Assembly (NCBI GenBank): GCA_904063045.1
Contig: CAJFCJ010000001.1
Span: 496,001-560,000 of the forward strand
Source of the DNA: Dimorphilus gyrociliatus
Lineage: Eukaryota; Animalia; Annelida
Reading direction: 5' to 3'
Length of the DNA: 64,000 bases
Of this stretch, positions 50,292-62,908 are shown in pieces; the stretch's first letter is position 1; each line of letters starts with the position of its first letter. The notes beneath the pieces were generated by a model. That model saw only the letters and a list, made by a program, of their open reading frames with translations, searched no databases and had not been told where the DNA came from. A program made the translations under genes and the position numbers.

Positions 50292-51105
50292 ATGTCTCAA
50301 TATTATAAAAATTCAAGACTGAATGATGATTATCTCAGCATCGATTCAATTATGGCCTCTCAAGAACGAGTGACAAGTACATTTCGAACCAAAATAAGGA
50401 ATTTAGGTTGGTGAAAATACATTATGTTCTTTTCTGACTGTTTATAGAACCCTTATATCGCCCAAATAGGTTTCTTAGATATTGGTTCGGACGCAAGAGA
50501 CTTGGAAGTAGGTGTTAAAATGGAACTACCTTATTGGCTAGCAGCTTTTTTATGTAATAAGAGACGTCAAATAGTGGAGGTGGAAACGCCTAAACAATAC
50601 AGAGCGGGTCAAAGAGAAATTTTAAATGCCGATCCCGTTGTTGTTGATCTTCACAAACTTGGTCCGCACTTTTATAAATTTGGTTCACTATTTTTATCAT
50701 TTCAAATACCAGAATCTCTTAATATTTCACGATGTTTATTAGAGGTAGATATATATATAATTATTCAGTATATAAGCCAAGTCTAATTATAATATGTTAC
50801 AGACTTTTCAAGGCAGATTCAAACACATTATGGATATATCCCAAAATTGTTTAAATGAAGATTTAAGTAAAGTCAAGTCAAAGTTAGATGAATGTGAAAA
50901 AGTGATATTTGCATTAGGACAGGATAGCTTGAAAGATTTTCAGGTAAACAAGTTATTTACTGTATATTTATATATTTAGGAATTAGTGAAAACTGACATT
51001 TTGTTTAAATTTTAACAGAATTGGCAAACTCGAGAATCAGCCAAGTTGAAAGCATCAAAAATGATTATACAACAAAGAAAGAGGAAAAGGAATGAACTTG
51101 ACTAA
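50292..51105 (+). CDS. GINS3: DNA replication complex GINS subunit PSF3
   Basis: Four exons: MSQYY...YLSIDSIMASQERV...LG / FLDIG...GVKMELPYWLA...REILNADPVVVDLHKLGPHFYKFG / TFQGRFKHIMDISQN...KLDECEKVIF / NWQTRESAKLKASKMIIQQRKRKRNELD*. Confidence 0.95.
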
Positions 51106-54100
51106 TGAAATTATTAAATCTGTTTTTTTTAAAAATGTTTTTTTTTTATATTTTTAAAGAGAGTACAATAGCGAAGGGAGAATGTTTCCATTATTTGTCA
51201 TACAGTAGTGCCATCTATTAACTCTATAATTTTATCTTTTATTTACTTTATTGTAAAAACACATTTTTATAAGAACGTCTCAAATCCCTTTTCTTTTTTA
51301 TCTTATCTGTTATCCAATTAGTATTTCAATCAGCGACAAAACTAATGCACTTCTTTTATTATCTTTCTATTACCGCTTGCAAAAACAACAAATACCCACC
51401 CAAAAAAGCGATTTACTACTGGCAAACTGAAAAAAACGCCTTTGAACTTAAACCCGGTCGAAAATAGACTACAAACAAGCGCATCAAAGTAACCCGAATA
51501 TTTTCGCCTTTCATCAAACCGCCTTCAGAGTTGAAAATAGTAGTTCATTACAGCTTCGAGATGGCCGCATTTCAGCAACTCGGCAACCTTTTGAAGCGCG
51601 CATATTGCAAACAGGTGCGCACTAGGCCTAGACAACCCTACAAACCCCCCTCCCCCCTGCCTATTCGTATGCCGCGCGTGCATTTCTTGTCGGCGGGGTG
51701 GATTGTTTATTTTGAAGCGACGCGCGCCTTTGCGAATATTAATTAGCGTGTCGGTAAAGCGCAATAGTAGTAAAGAAGCATTGGAATTCCTGACAAACTG
51801 AAACTTTTTGTATTTAATAAATTAGTATGTTTATAAACAAATATATAAACTCTTTTATCATTTAATACAGAGAAAGAAAATGAAATATACGTTGTAAATA
51901 TATAATAATTTCTCATACGGCTAACTTTACAGTTTTAACCTACAGTTTGTTTACGTAAATTGGGGGAGGGGGGGCTATTTTAATTCAACTATTTGATAAG
52001 CAATCTTATGACTGATTCCAGTATTAGAAGCGAATTATTTTATTTAAAAAAAAACCTTGCACGCGTCTAAAAAATTTAGAGAATGTTTGACACTGAAACG
52101 GTTAAATAAGTTTTGCAGATTTCTTTTTCGCCTAACTACTCAACTAAGCAGTCCGCGCAGTGTATATAGAAAAACGAATGAGAGTGAGTAAACTCGCTGA
52201 TCTATTTCAGATGTTGGACTTTATCTGATGGGAGCTGAGCTCTAATCAACTAAATATGTTTGTCATTGTTGGCAAACACTCGTAAGATTCTTTAGCAGCC
52301 GATAGAAAACCAAATAAGTTTTACAAGTAACCAAAAAATGAGAGAAACCAAAGAGTTTCCCGTTTCGAAGCGCCTTCTCAAGATTTTGGGCCAAAGGGGA
52401 AAAAACGGATTAATTAACACTAATCTACATTATGTATATACAAACGATAACCGCAGGTGTGGCCCTATTTATTTATTTGGCTAAATATCTGACAGCACTA
52501 TTATCTACGGAGAGGACAAATCGCTCGCGTTAAAACTCTAAACAAATCCCGTTTATATAAGCAAATAAACTCCTTCGCAAACTTTTATTTCTCTTAATTT
52601 TACTCATCCGTCATTCATTTATAGACTGTGGGAAGAAATTCTTATCTTTCGTAGGCCTTTTGCGGCGACCACGTGCCTAATTAGCTGAATGCAAACAAGA
52701 TCTTAATTAGTGACCGCCACCTGGTTTCTGTCAAGGCGTTAAGTGGCGATGCGCCATTAACACTCATCTTTGAATGCGTACAGTTTTTACAGGGTAAACG
52801 AAGTAAAAATTCAATAGTTAAAAGGTGTAGAAAACTAAGATGAAAGAGCTTCGTCTCGTTTTGGCAAGTTTAGCTACGAAGTTTGTAAAAACAAGGCGGC
52901 CGGACGTTTGTGCCACCTGTAACAACCAGGTCTGGATAGAATTTCGCGACCGCTGCGAACCTCTTGAGACTTTACTTCTCAGACTGAAAATGTGTAGAAT
53001 ATATAGATTTCATTTCTTTTCATATTTATTTCCGATAAAACCATACCCATGAATTTTGACCTAATTCACCTTCATCACCCTATATACACCTAAGGCAATG
53101 CGAAATGTAGCCTACCATAAATAATTTACAAAACAGAAGGAGTAAATAGGACAACAGATATGTCGTTTAGTATTTAGTAAAAAATAAACAATTTTCTTTT
53201 AAACAATTGTCTATCTAGGCGTATAAGCACAGGACCTAAGGGTTATAGCATTTCGGCTTAAGAACAACAAAATAATATATACGTTCAACACTTGCGCGCA
53301 TTCGTTAAGAGGGTTTAGCGTATAGGCCTAACGAGACAGAAGAGAAAAATAGACAGAAAATAGAGAAAGAAAGGGAAAAAGAAAGAGCAATAGAGTATAA
53401 GAGAGATAGAGGTATCTTTATATGCATGTATGTATGCGTTAGCGCATATGTGTGTTTGCGAGTGGGGGAGAGAAAGAGGGAATGAAAGAAAAAGTTAACT
53501 TGAGAAAATGTTATATTTCTTATCTTCGTTACAGCGACGACCATTGTTTGGCTCAATTTAGCGCTGTCTTGCTGACATATTTAATAGATTTATTCCTTTA
53601 CCCCACCCCTCTTTTTTAAACTCTCCTCCTATTCGCGGAAAACACTGTTTTATGAGGTTAGACTCACTGGGTGGAAGAAAAATCGTTTCTTTGATATCTT
53701 TGCATCAAAAGCCTGATAGACCCTAGGACCTGTAGCCCAGAGATACGAACCGATCCCTTATCGTCGATAAGCGCATCGACCCCTACCTTGTCTAACCATA
53801 AATATAATAAGTCGGCGAAGATGTGTAGAAAATATAAATGAAGTTAAAAAAGGAAAAAAACTATAGGCAAACAAAAATTGGTGTTTTATTGTTTCAAATC
53901 GCCGTGTTATATCTCGTCTATCGCACCTGCAAGCTGAAGTAGGTGGCGATTAGATTGTTTGATTTTCGCTTTTCTCACGAAATATATACGGCTATATAAG
54001 GGAAATAATAAACTAACAAGGTCGACGATAAGTTTGACCTATGTTGGGGAAGCTTCAAACGGTTTTGGACCTAAATGGTTTTCTTTTCTCCGTAATCGGA

Positions 54101-54729
54101 CGCCTCGGACGTCGTTAATCATTCAAACGCGTTGACGCGAAAATCGTCATGGTCCGCTAAATGTTTGTTAAAGTCGAAAGCTGAGTTCCCAATCTATGTT
54201 TAAATCGATTTTACACTCGTTTCCTTTAATGCGAATTGCAGCTGATGAGTTTTAAAGATATTTTACATTAATACATAAAAAATTATATAATAGGCTGAAA
54301 AAATAATTTATTGCATAATTATCTCCGTTCTTATATATGTATAGATATATAAGACGTAAATTTTTTGAGCACATATAAATACATTTCAACGCATAAAAAG
54401 TCTTTGAATACATATATTTATATATACGGTAAATTGACCACATATATCTTAATATATATATATATATATACTATATATATGTATATGTATGTATATATAG
54501 ATAAAGATATAGATATACAGAATATATATACATGTATGCTGATTTATAATATACATATATGTATATATATTTAGATATATATATATATGTACTCTTCTGT
54601 CTATCTCTCTTCTCTGTACAATATTATGCAGACCTCTACACCGAAATTATACGAAAACGGACTTACAAACAACAGGCGCGACAAAGACAAACAATATGAC
54701 AGGAAACAGAGAATCCTGAGAAAGTTTTT

Positions 54730-55206
54730 TCAGTGATTACCATTCATTCCCCAAGCGCCTTCCATCCGCCATACGGAAAAGGCATAACTCAAACGTTCGT
54801 GGGCTACATAGGAACAACTAGCAGGCATTTTTACTGAATGGTCGGATTCGTCGCTTCTTAAAACTTGATATAAAAAGTCTATGTAACGAGTCGCCAATTT
54901 TAGTGTTTGAATTTTCGATAATTTATCACTAGGTAATGTCGGAATAATTTTTCTTAATTGCGAGAAGGCGTCGTTTAGCGATTGCGTCCTCTGTCGTTCC
55001 CTTACGTTGGCTAGGGAACGTTGCTGTGTCATATCGTCGTAGCATTCCTCCTTCCGCCTTTTTAAAGAAACTTCGGATGTTGCACGGCGTTGTCGTTTTC
55101 TCGATGGTTTTTGTTCCAATAGGTGAGATGAATCAAATTCAGGAGAGCTTTCTAAGGAAGAGCTTTCAGGGATCATAGTCATATTCTCTTTATAATTCCC
55201 GGTCAT
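54730..55206 (-). CDS. twist: Twist bHLH transcription factor
   Basis: 158-aa ORF: [55 protein letters not shown] plus the WR motif [16 protein letters not shown]. Confidence 0.98.
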   Translation of the reverse strand: MTGNYKENMTMIPESSSLESSPEFDSSHLLEQKPSRKRQRRATSEVSLKRRKEECYDDMTQQRSLANVRERQRTQSLNDAFSQLRKIIPTLPSDKLSKIQTLKLATRYIDFLYQVLRSDESDHSVKMPASCSYVAHERLSYAFSVWRMEGAWGMNGNH

Positions 55207-55260
55207 TGTAGGTATTTTTTATTATTTCTAAATCCTGACACCAACCGAAATGAACTATGA

Positions 55261-55326
55261 CTTATACGCATCTGTATATCGTTAGGTTGGTTCTAAACGT
55301 TGTTGATTGGTTGGTAAGCGGCCAAT
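55261..55326 (-). promoter_or_regulatory. Putative twist core promoter: TATA-like TATAAG and two CCAAT boxes
   Basis: Minus-strand TATAAG at 55266-55261, about 55 bp upstream of the ATG. CCAAT boxes at 55310-55306 (minus) and 55322-55326 (plus). Confidence 0.55.
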
Positions 55327-55988
55327 GAGAAGCTCTGAGGTGCGGCTAGACTTCCGTTATCGATATCGTCGTCGGCTTTTCGATCTTATCATTCTCTCTG
55401 TTTTCTTCCACGCACTATCAGCGGGTCCTTTGATGCCGGACTCGTCTAAAGCTAGTTTTTGTAGCGATTTACTCTTATCAGCGTTCCGGCTTTGTAGTCT
55501 CGTTTGTCGCGCAAGGAGGCTGATAACCTCGAACAAACAAAAAACCCTTCCCGGTGTTATCATTACAATATTTCTAGATATCGGCTCCTTTTTTGTTATT
55601 CTTTAAATACATTTCTCGGATTACGATAATCTTTGTTTAATAAACGTATTGACTATTTGTTTTTGGACGAGAGGAAGAAAGACGAGGAATGAAAAAGGGG
55701 CAAATTAATTCTCCCCTTATCGGTCGTGAAGAGGAAACGCAAAGTGCGTACACGTGACGACCGACGAAAAGAATGATGGCACCCACCTGCATCGTACGTA
55801 TCCCCGCGGATTCCTTATCAGGCGTCGTTGCCTTATCGGAGCCTATCAATCATTCTAATATATCAGCGGCGAAACGCACGTCGAAAGTGATTCTCACTAG
55901 ATGGCACACTCATGAATGATCAAGCCGCTGAGTATTTTATTTTTAAATTTTCTCTTTTAGCTACAAAAGTTTATTTTCTTTTATTTAT

Positions 55989-57523
55989 TTATTTATTTTG
56001 TAAAAGTGATTGTAAATCGTTCTCTTCTTCATCGAGTAGTTTCATACCATGAGATCGTAGTTTCATGAGATAATCCGAATGGAAATATCCATCAGTATAA
56101 TCCATAAACTTTCTATAATCATCCTGCAGCTCCTGTATAATAATACAAATATAAGAGAAAGTCTAAATATTTAAGTGTAGTCTCTTTAATTACTAATTAA
56201 AAATATTAGCATAAATACATTTATATAACTTTATTATATATACCTTAAAATCCGATTCCACTAAATACTTCTTATCTTTCAAATCTTCGAACCTCTTCTC
56301 TAACCTTTTAAACCTGTTGAAATGAATGATTTAGAACAAGATAAACTATATATAATTTACATATTTGGTGTACTATGCACTATGTAGATTAAATGTAAAA
56401 CAATTTGATGTATGTCGTATAGTACTTGAAAAATTAACCAGATACTGAACTCCTACAGAGAGTGTGTCAAAGGTTTGAAAGCTTTTAACATAATTTATAC
56501 ACGTTCGTTTAAAACTGTACATTGTTTTTTTTAAGTAATTACAAGATAATTAAATAATTACTTTTCCTTTTCAATTTCAAGTTTTTCCTTGTGTACAAGT
56601 GTTAATTTATTCAATTTCTCTTCAGTTTCTCTTTCGCATTCCTCTTTTGTCTTATCTATTGCCTCTTTTATTCTTTTTTTATTCATTTCCTGAGTAAATT
56701 TTATGTTTTTTAAAATGATTGATTTTGCACAAGTACGTTTTTTATTGGACTTACTCTAGCTTTAGTTAGGGCCTCAGCTACAGCCAATTCTTTCTCTAAG
56801 ATAAATTCTTTCCTTTTTGTTATTATATTAAAAGATATATATATATATATTTATATTTGTATATACTGTATATTGATTTGTAAATATTATGATAAGAAAT
56901 ACTACTTTAGCTGATTTTCAAGTTCTCTTCTTGTTCTTTCCATATTCTCTTTTGTGATCCTTTCAAATTCCTCTTGTTGGAGTTTTAATGCCTCTTCTTT
57001 TTGAATATTGCAACGCCTAAAATATATATTTATTTATATATGTAAATAGTATATATAAACTTAAAAAGAAGAAAGGAATCTCTCTAAACCTTTCAATATC
57101 TTTTTTTCGTTCTTCTTCTAGAATGCTTCGTTCGGTCATTATTCTTTCGTAATGTTCTTTAAGAAGAATTCTCTGCCTTTCAACAGCATGATTTTTCTCC
57201 TGTAAAAGCTCAACCTCCTGATCATGAAGAGCTTTTGATAATTCTCTAGCAAACTTTTTGTCAACATTCTCTTTTACACATTCATTATTTGATAATTTCT
57301 TTTGATCAGACCTGGGAGAACTTTCAGAAGTATTCTTTTCAATTAGTCCTAAAATAGTTATTTAGTACTTATTTGATTTTCATTAATAATTCATTATTTA
57401 TTATAAATTATACGAACCAATTATATTTTCGTGAGTTACTCTTTTGGTTGTTAAAGCTGTTTTATTTATTATTCTTTCAAGGCAATCATACTTGTTTGTA
57501 GTTTGATATCTTTCAGCACACAT
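55989..57523 (-). CDS. Glu/Lys-rich coiled-coil protein (C-terminus loosely reminiscent of C6orf163-like proteins)
   Basis: At least seven in-frame GT-AG exons: MCAERYQTT... / GLIEKN...ELSKALHDQEVELLQEKNHAVERQR... / RCNIQKEEALKLQQEEFER... / KEFILEKELAVAEALTKAR / EMNKKRIKEAIDKTKEECER... / FKRLEKRFEDLKDKK... / ELQDDYRKFMDYTDGYFHSDYLMKLR...QNK*. A further 5' exon near 57610-57720 is possible. Confidence 0.75.
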
Positions 57524-58767
57524 TATGATTTCAATTCATTTATATATGTATATATAATATCTATATATATAAATGTATAGTAGAGATAATTGATGTATCT
57601 ATATTTTTATATTAAAGGATTATCTTTAACAGACAATTCATAATTGTTCTTTTCCTCAATTAAATCGGGTGAATAAGAACTCAACGGAAATTGGCCTCGT
57701 TTCCATGGAGTTGCTACTTGTTACCAAGAAGAATCATTAAATATCTTTTATGTCTTCTTATATCAAAAGGGTGATCGTTATCAAATAATAAATTTTTATC
57801 TTTATCTCTAACTTGTCATTAAAATTTCATAAAACAAAAGAGAAAGAAAATAAACTCTCAGGCATTTTTGTGAAAAGCAAAACGTGCTAAAAGTTATCTT
57901 TTAAGAAAAAAAATTCAAAAAAACCGTTAAATTAAGTATAGATTTATTTCAAAGAAAAGAAAACTTGATATTTTTCGCACTTGACAAAATTTTCACTTGG
58001 AAAAGAGTAAAACAGTAACACGATCTACTTTATTATATCCAGGCAGTAAAATGGGTAGATTACGCCATCTATCGTGTAAAATATTAAAGATAAAATATTT
58101 CTCTATACTTTTTGATTTATTGAAATATATCTATATATACATATCTAAACCCGCATGGTATAAAAAATTATTATGTTAATAAAATAAGGTTTCCCTATTT
58201 ATTCTATTTTGTAAGAGATTTTTTTTTAAAAAGAAATAATAGTAATTGAAATTTTCTACTTTTTACCACAAATGACAAATTATATATACGTAACTGAAGT
58301 AATAATTAGAGCCAGAAGAAGAAGAAGGAGGAGGAGGAGAAGAGGAGAGAGAGATAGAAAGAGAGAAAAAAGAGTATGTTATATTTTATGAATACAATAC
58401 TATAAATAGAAACACACCTGCAAACAAAACGTTTCTCATTTTTATATTTTTTTAAAAGAGGGAAAGAAAAGGGAAAAAGAGAAAGCGTTAAAAAGAAACT
58501 TACTCACTTTTAATATATCTTTGATAGTCACGACATTTTTCACAAATACGGTGTTTATAGAAAAAAAGAGAGAATTTTAAACATATGCTTTAAATTTATT
58601 AAAAAGAACATTTCAACATGTTTTTATCCTATTCTATTTATAAAAACAAAAGAGAGAGAGAGAGAGACAGAAAGAGAAAGAAAGGAAGGAGAGAAAAGAG
58701 AATGAATAATTATGTAAAAATTTCTTTCTCGTTCTGTTTTAGTTGGATGGTGTTCAGTTGAAATAGA

Positions 58768-60713
58768 ATGAATACTCTATTGAAATATATTTACATAACT
58801 TCCGGTTATTTATAATATATATATATATATATATATTTATGTCATAAATTATATAGTAGTACTGTATATACTAATATATTTCTGTCTTTTATTTTAGTAT
58901 TTGTAGCAACTATTGGAAGGATAGCAGTTATTAATAGTTTCACAATCAAGGATGACTCGACGAAATCATCATGCAGTATAAAATAGTTATTCATTTGCTT
59001 TAAACATACTTATTTCTTATTAATAGATGTAGATACAAACTATAAAAAATTCTGTGGCTGTCCAACTTCTTCGACCGTTATGTGTTTTAATAAAGGATTA
59101 AATTCATTTCCTAAACAATTACCATGGAGATCAACATCACTTATTCTTGGAGGGAATAATATCGGGATTATTAGACCCTATTCTCTCGTATCTGGTTCAT
59201 TGGTATATAGAATTTCTTACAATTCAATATAGTAAACTAATTGAAATATTTCCCTTTATACTAGAGTTATGTTAGCCTATCAAATAATGGAATAATGTCG
59301 ATAGAACCCTATGGTTTATCTGGATTGTATTCATTAGTGTATTTGTAAGAGGAGTTTTTAAATATGTTAAAAGAAAATTAACAATTCAGTCTATTTGTAT
59401 ATAGTCTGTAATTTTGTTTTTCCCTTTTCAGAGTTTTAAATATGAATGAATTAAAGAAAATTGAAAAGTATACTTTTTCTGGTTTAAAGAAGCTGAAACA
59501 TCTGTAAGAAAAATATTAATATTAAAGATTTGCTTTATGTTGTATAGTTTCTTTGTAGAAACTTGGAAGAGAATCTTATAAAATATATACACGAAGATGC
59601 TTTTAAAGAACTAACTAATCTACAAAAACTGTGAGTAATTAGTTGTCCCTTTATTCTTTAATTATATTTTACCTATACATAGACTGTACTATTTTATTGC
59701 AGTACTGTAAAGAATAATCCGCTATCAACCATAGCGGAAAAGACATTTCAACTAGAAACGTTATTCTTTTTGTAAGTAAGAAAATAACTACTAAACAAAT
59801 AATTTATGCGCTTAAAAATTGTATAGAAACTTGGAAGATTGCCAAATTAAGTGGGATTCAACTTATCAGCTTCTTATTCGAAGAAGTTTGAGAACTTTGT
59901 AAGATATTAATGTTATAATATATATAAACTGTAATCTTAATTATGATTATTTTATTATTCCAAACAGAAAACTTTTGAATAATAAAATTTCAGGTATCGG
60001 CTCAAAATTTCTACCTAATGATCATCGAATTATTTCATTGTAAGATAATGAAATAGGCTTAATTTTGCTATCATTTTATTATAATATGTATTTTTTATTA
60101 TTATTTATCAACCAATAGAAATCTTTATAATAACGAAATTAAGGAAATCTCACCTAATTTTTCAATGAATGACATAAGTTATATGCAAGTAGTGAATATT
60201 GAGATAATCTTCTCTTTATTTATATTGTTTATATTCTATAAAGGAATGTATCTAGAAATGAATTGACGGAATTTTCACCTAATCTCTGCCGAAAAACAGC
60301 TTCTGGCTATACGGACTTGTTTGTATTTTAATGAATTCTATCAAGAATTTCAACTAATTTCATAATTTATAGAGATCTTTCATATAATAAAATAACGGAA
60401 TTGAAAGAGAACAATTTCATAAATTGTAACTTATACAAACTGTAAGAATATTAATAAATAAATTAATTAATTAAATCTATTGATAATTTATTCATATATA
60501 GGAATTTAAGAGGTATGGATATACATAATTTCAATTCAAATATGGTTAAAAATGGTAAAATAAGCTATTTGTAAGCATATTAATATTTTTCTTAATATAA
60601 TAATTCATACAGTGTAACTAAATTTTTAATATTTCTATCTTAACAGCTATGTGAAAAATGGAGAACTATGCGGAATAGTTGAAAGTTATGAATGTAAAGT
60701 ATATTTGGATTAG
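58768..60713 (+). CDS. Secreted leucine-rich-repeat protein (signal peptide, LRRNT, about 10-11 LRRs), resembling an LGR/RXFP-type ectodomain without a 7TM region
   Basis: About 14 exons. MNTLLKYIYITS|VFVATIGRIAVINSF; CGCPTSSTVMCFNKGLNSFPKQLP (LRRNT). Then roughly 66-75-nt phase-2 exons, each one LRR (SLSNNGIMSIEPYGLSGL, NLEENLIKYIHEDAFKEL, DLSYNKITELKENNF). Ends YVKNGELCGIVESYECKVYLD*. Confidence 0.82.
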
Positions 60714-62908
60714 AATGGTCCTAATTGAAAGATTAAAGTCTGAAAATGATGTAATAAACAAATACTTACAAATAAATATATATATATATATATTATATCG
60801 CTTTCGTTGCAAAATGTTCAAGTGCTTTATTTTTAATTTAAGGCTTATAGATGGCAGCAGACACAATAAAAATATATAGAACGAGACTCTTCTTATTATC
60901 ATTACAAACAAACTTTGAAAAGTAATAATATTACAAAGAAAAGTACTATACGAAACAAACTCTTGGTTAATTTTCTTTAAAAATGAACACTTTTAGGGTA
61001 TCACGCTAGTTCTATAGGTTAATTAGTACATTCTATGATAATCATTCACTATCCTTCTCCCTTTCCCTTACTTGGTGGATTAAATAGAGAAAATATGCAT
61101 TTCTATAAAGAAACATTCCTACGTATACAGCGATATATAGTCAAAAAAGAGAACCATTGCATTACTATTTAAAGAATTCTAAGTAAAAAAAAAATAAGAA
61201 AAAAATAGTCCTTTTATCAATAAAGAACAGCTAATAATTTCTCAATATATTTACTAAAAACCTCTTTTCTAAACAAAACAATGCAATCTTTAATATTGTT
61301 CATAAACTATATATACATATATATACTGTATTTATATGTATTAAATGATATTTAACCTATTATCTTTGTATAAAATCAATCTTTCTCTATTTATTTTAAT
61401 TGAATACACTAAAAAAGCAAATAAGAGAAGGAATTTGAAAAAAAAAACTGATAAAGGAAAATATTTCTTCAGTTTAGAAATAGTTGCAAGACTTTTTTCT
61501 TTCTTATTATTACTATTGAATTGAAATAATTGCTTTCCCACATATGTTTATTGTATAGAGGAGACAGTTTTAATTAACTAATTAGTAATTTACGCTTTTT
61601 TTTATTTAACCTTTGAATTAAATAATTATTAAAACTGGTTAGTTAAGTATTTAGAATTTCAATATTTTTTTCTTACAGATTCGCCCATGAATTCGAATAA
61701 AGAATATGTATATAAAGGAATTTCTATTTGGGGCAATAGTGTATTCACTAGCTATTTGAACACGATTACACGTTAAAGCCCTCCAAATGACTCCTTCAAA
61801 TAGAATTGTAGAAGAGTCACGATAAAAATAAGAAAAAATCCTTAAACGTAAAAAATTATTACTAATTGATATTAAAATGACATTATTGTGTAATATTAAA
61901 CATTGTGTAAATAGTTTTATTTAATAGTTTTTTGCTTTGCGTAGCAAGAATGCTCTAAAGTCATATTTAAAGAATAATAATTAATTTAGCCAGATTCTAA
62001 GTTATTAAGTTATGTTTAAGAGTTCAAAGTTTATAGATAGTTAAATATATTTATAGAGAAACGGTTAAAAAAATTAATTTTCTGGCCAAAAGGTGGTGTT
62101 TAGTACAAGGCTTTTTATAGGTGTATCATTTCTAATTATTTAATTGACAGCTTAAAGAATATACTTTATCAATAGAAATACGATAGTTTTAGAATATTCA
62201 TGCATTTTCATGTCAATCATTTATTCTATAGTTCTGTCAATTTTTCTTATTTCTTTCATCGATTAAAACGATCATCAATTTCATTTTCTTAAAAATGTTC
62301 AAACTATTCTATATAAAAACTTTACAGTATAATAAAGAAAAGATTTTAGAAATGGAAAAAGCAAAGAGGAGAGAAGAACAAAAGCAAAAACCTTTTAATT
62401 TTCTTTTCTTTCTCAAAGATAATGAGTAAAGAATGATTATTCATTAGATAACAACTAAAAGAGATAGCTTTTTCTCTTTTCGCAAGTGTTATATACTGTA
62501 TATATATATATATATCTTGGTTGAGAAAAAGATAACGTATAATATATAAACTATTGTGTAAAAGCTTTTAACATTTGAAACATACAAAAGATATTCATTT
62601 GACCCTCTTTATGTAACATTTATCAAACTCTCATCTTACGAATTCCCTTATATTACCTTTTATACTCGAATGTAACCCATTCTTTCTTTATTAAAAGCTA
62701 TAAATGATTGTGATTAACAATCTCGTTATGATTGAAGCAAATTGTAGATAATAGTATAGGAAGAAGCGAAATAGTTTATATCTTAAGGTTTATTTAAAAA
62801 ATTCACTATGAACTTAATTTCGTTAGCAAACAATTTTTCTTAGGTTATAAAACACGAGAAAAAACTATTCCAACTTCCAAATACAATAATTAAAACTACT
62901 TTTATTGC

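Noticed and set aside
55357-55563. 68-aa ORF upstream of twist as a uORF or N-terminal exon
   Set aside because: It lies upstream of the CCAAT/TATA-like elements at 55261-55326, so it is probably outside the transcript, and no splice link was found.
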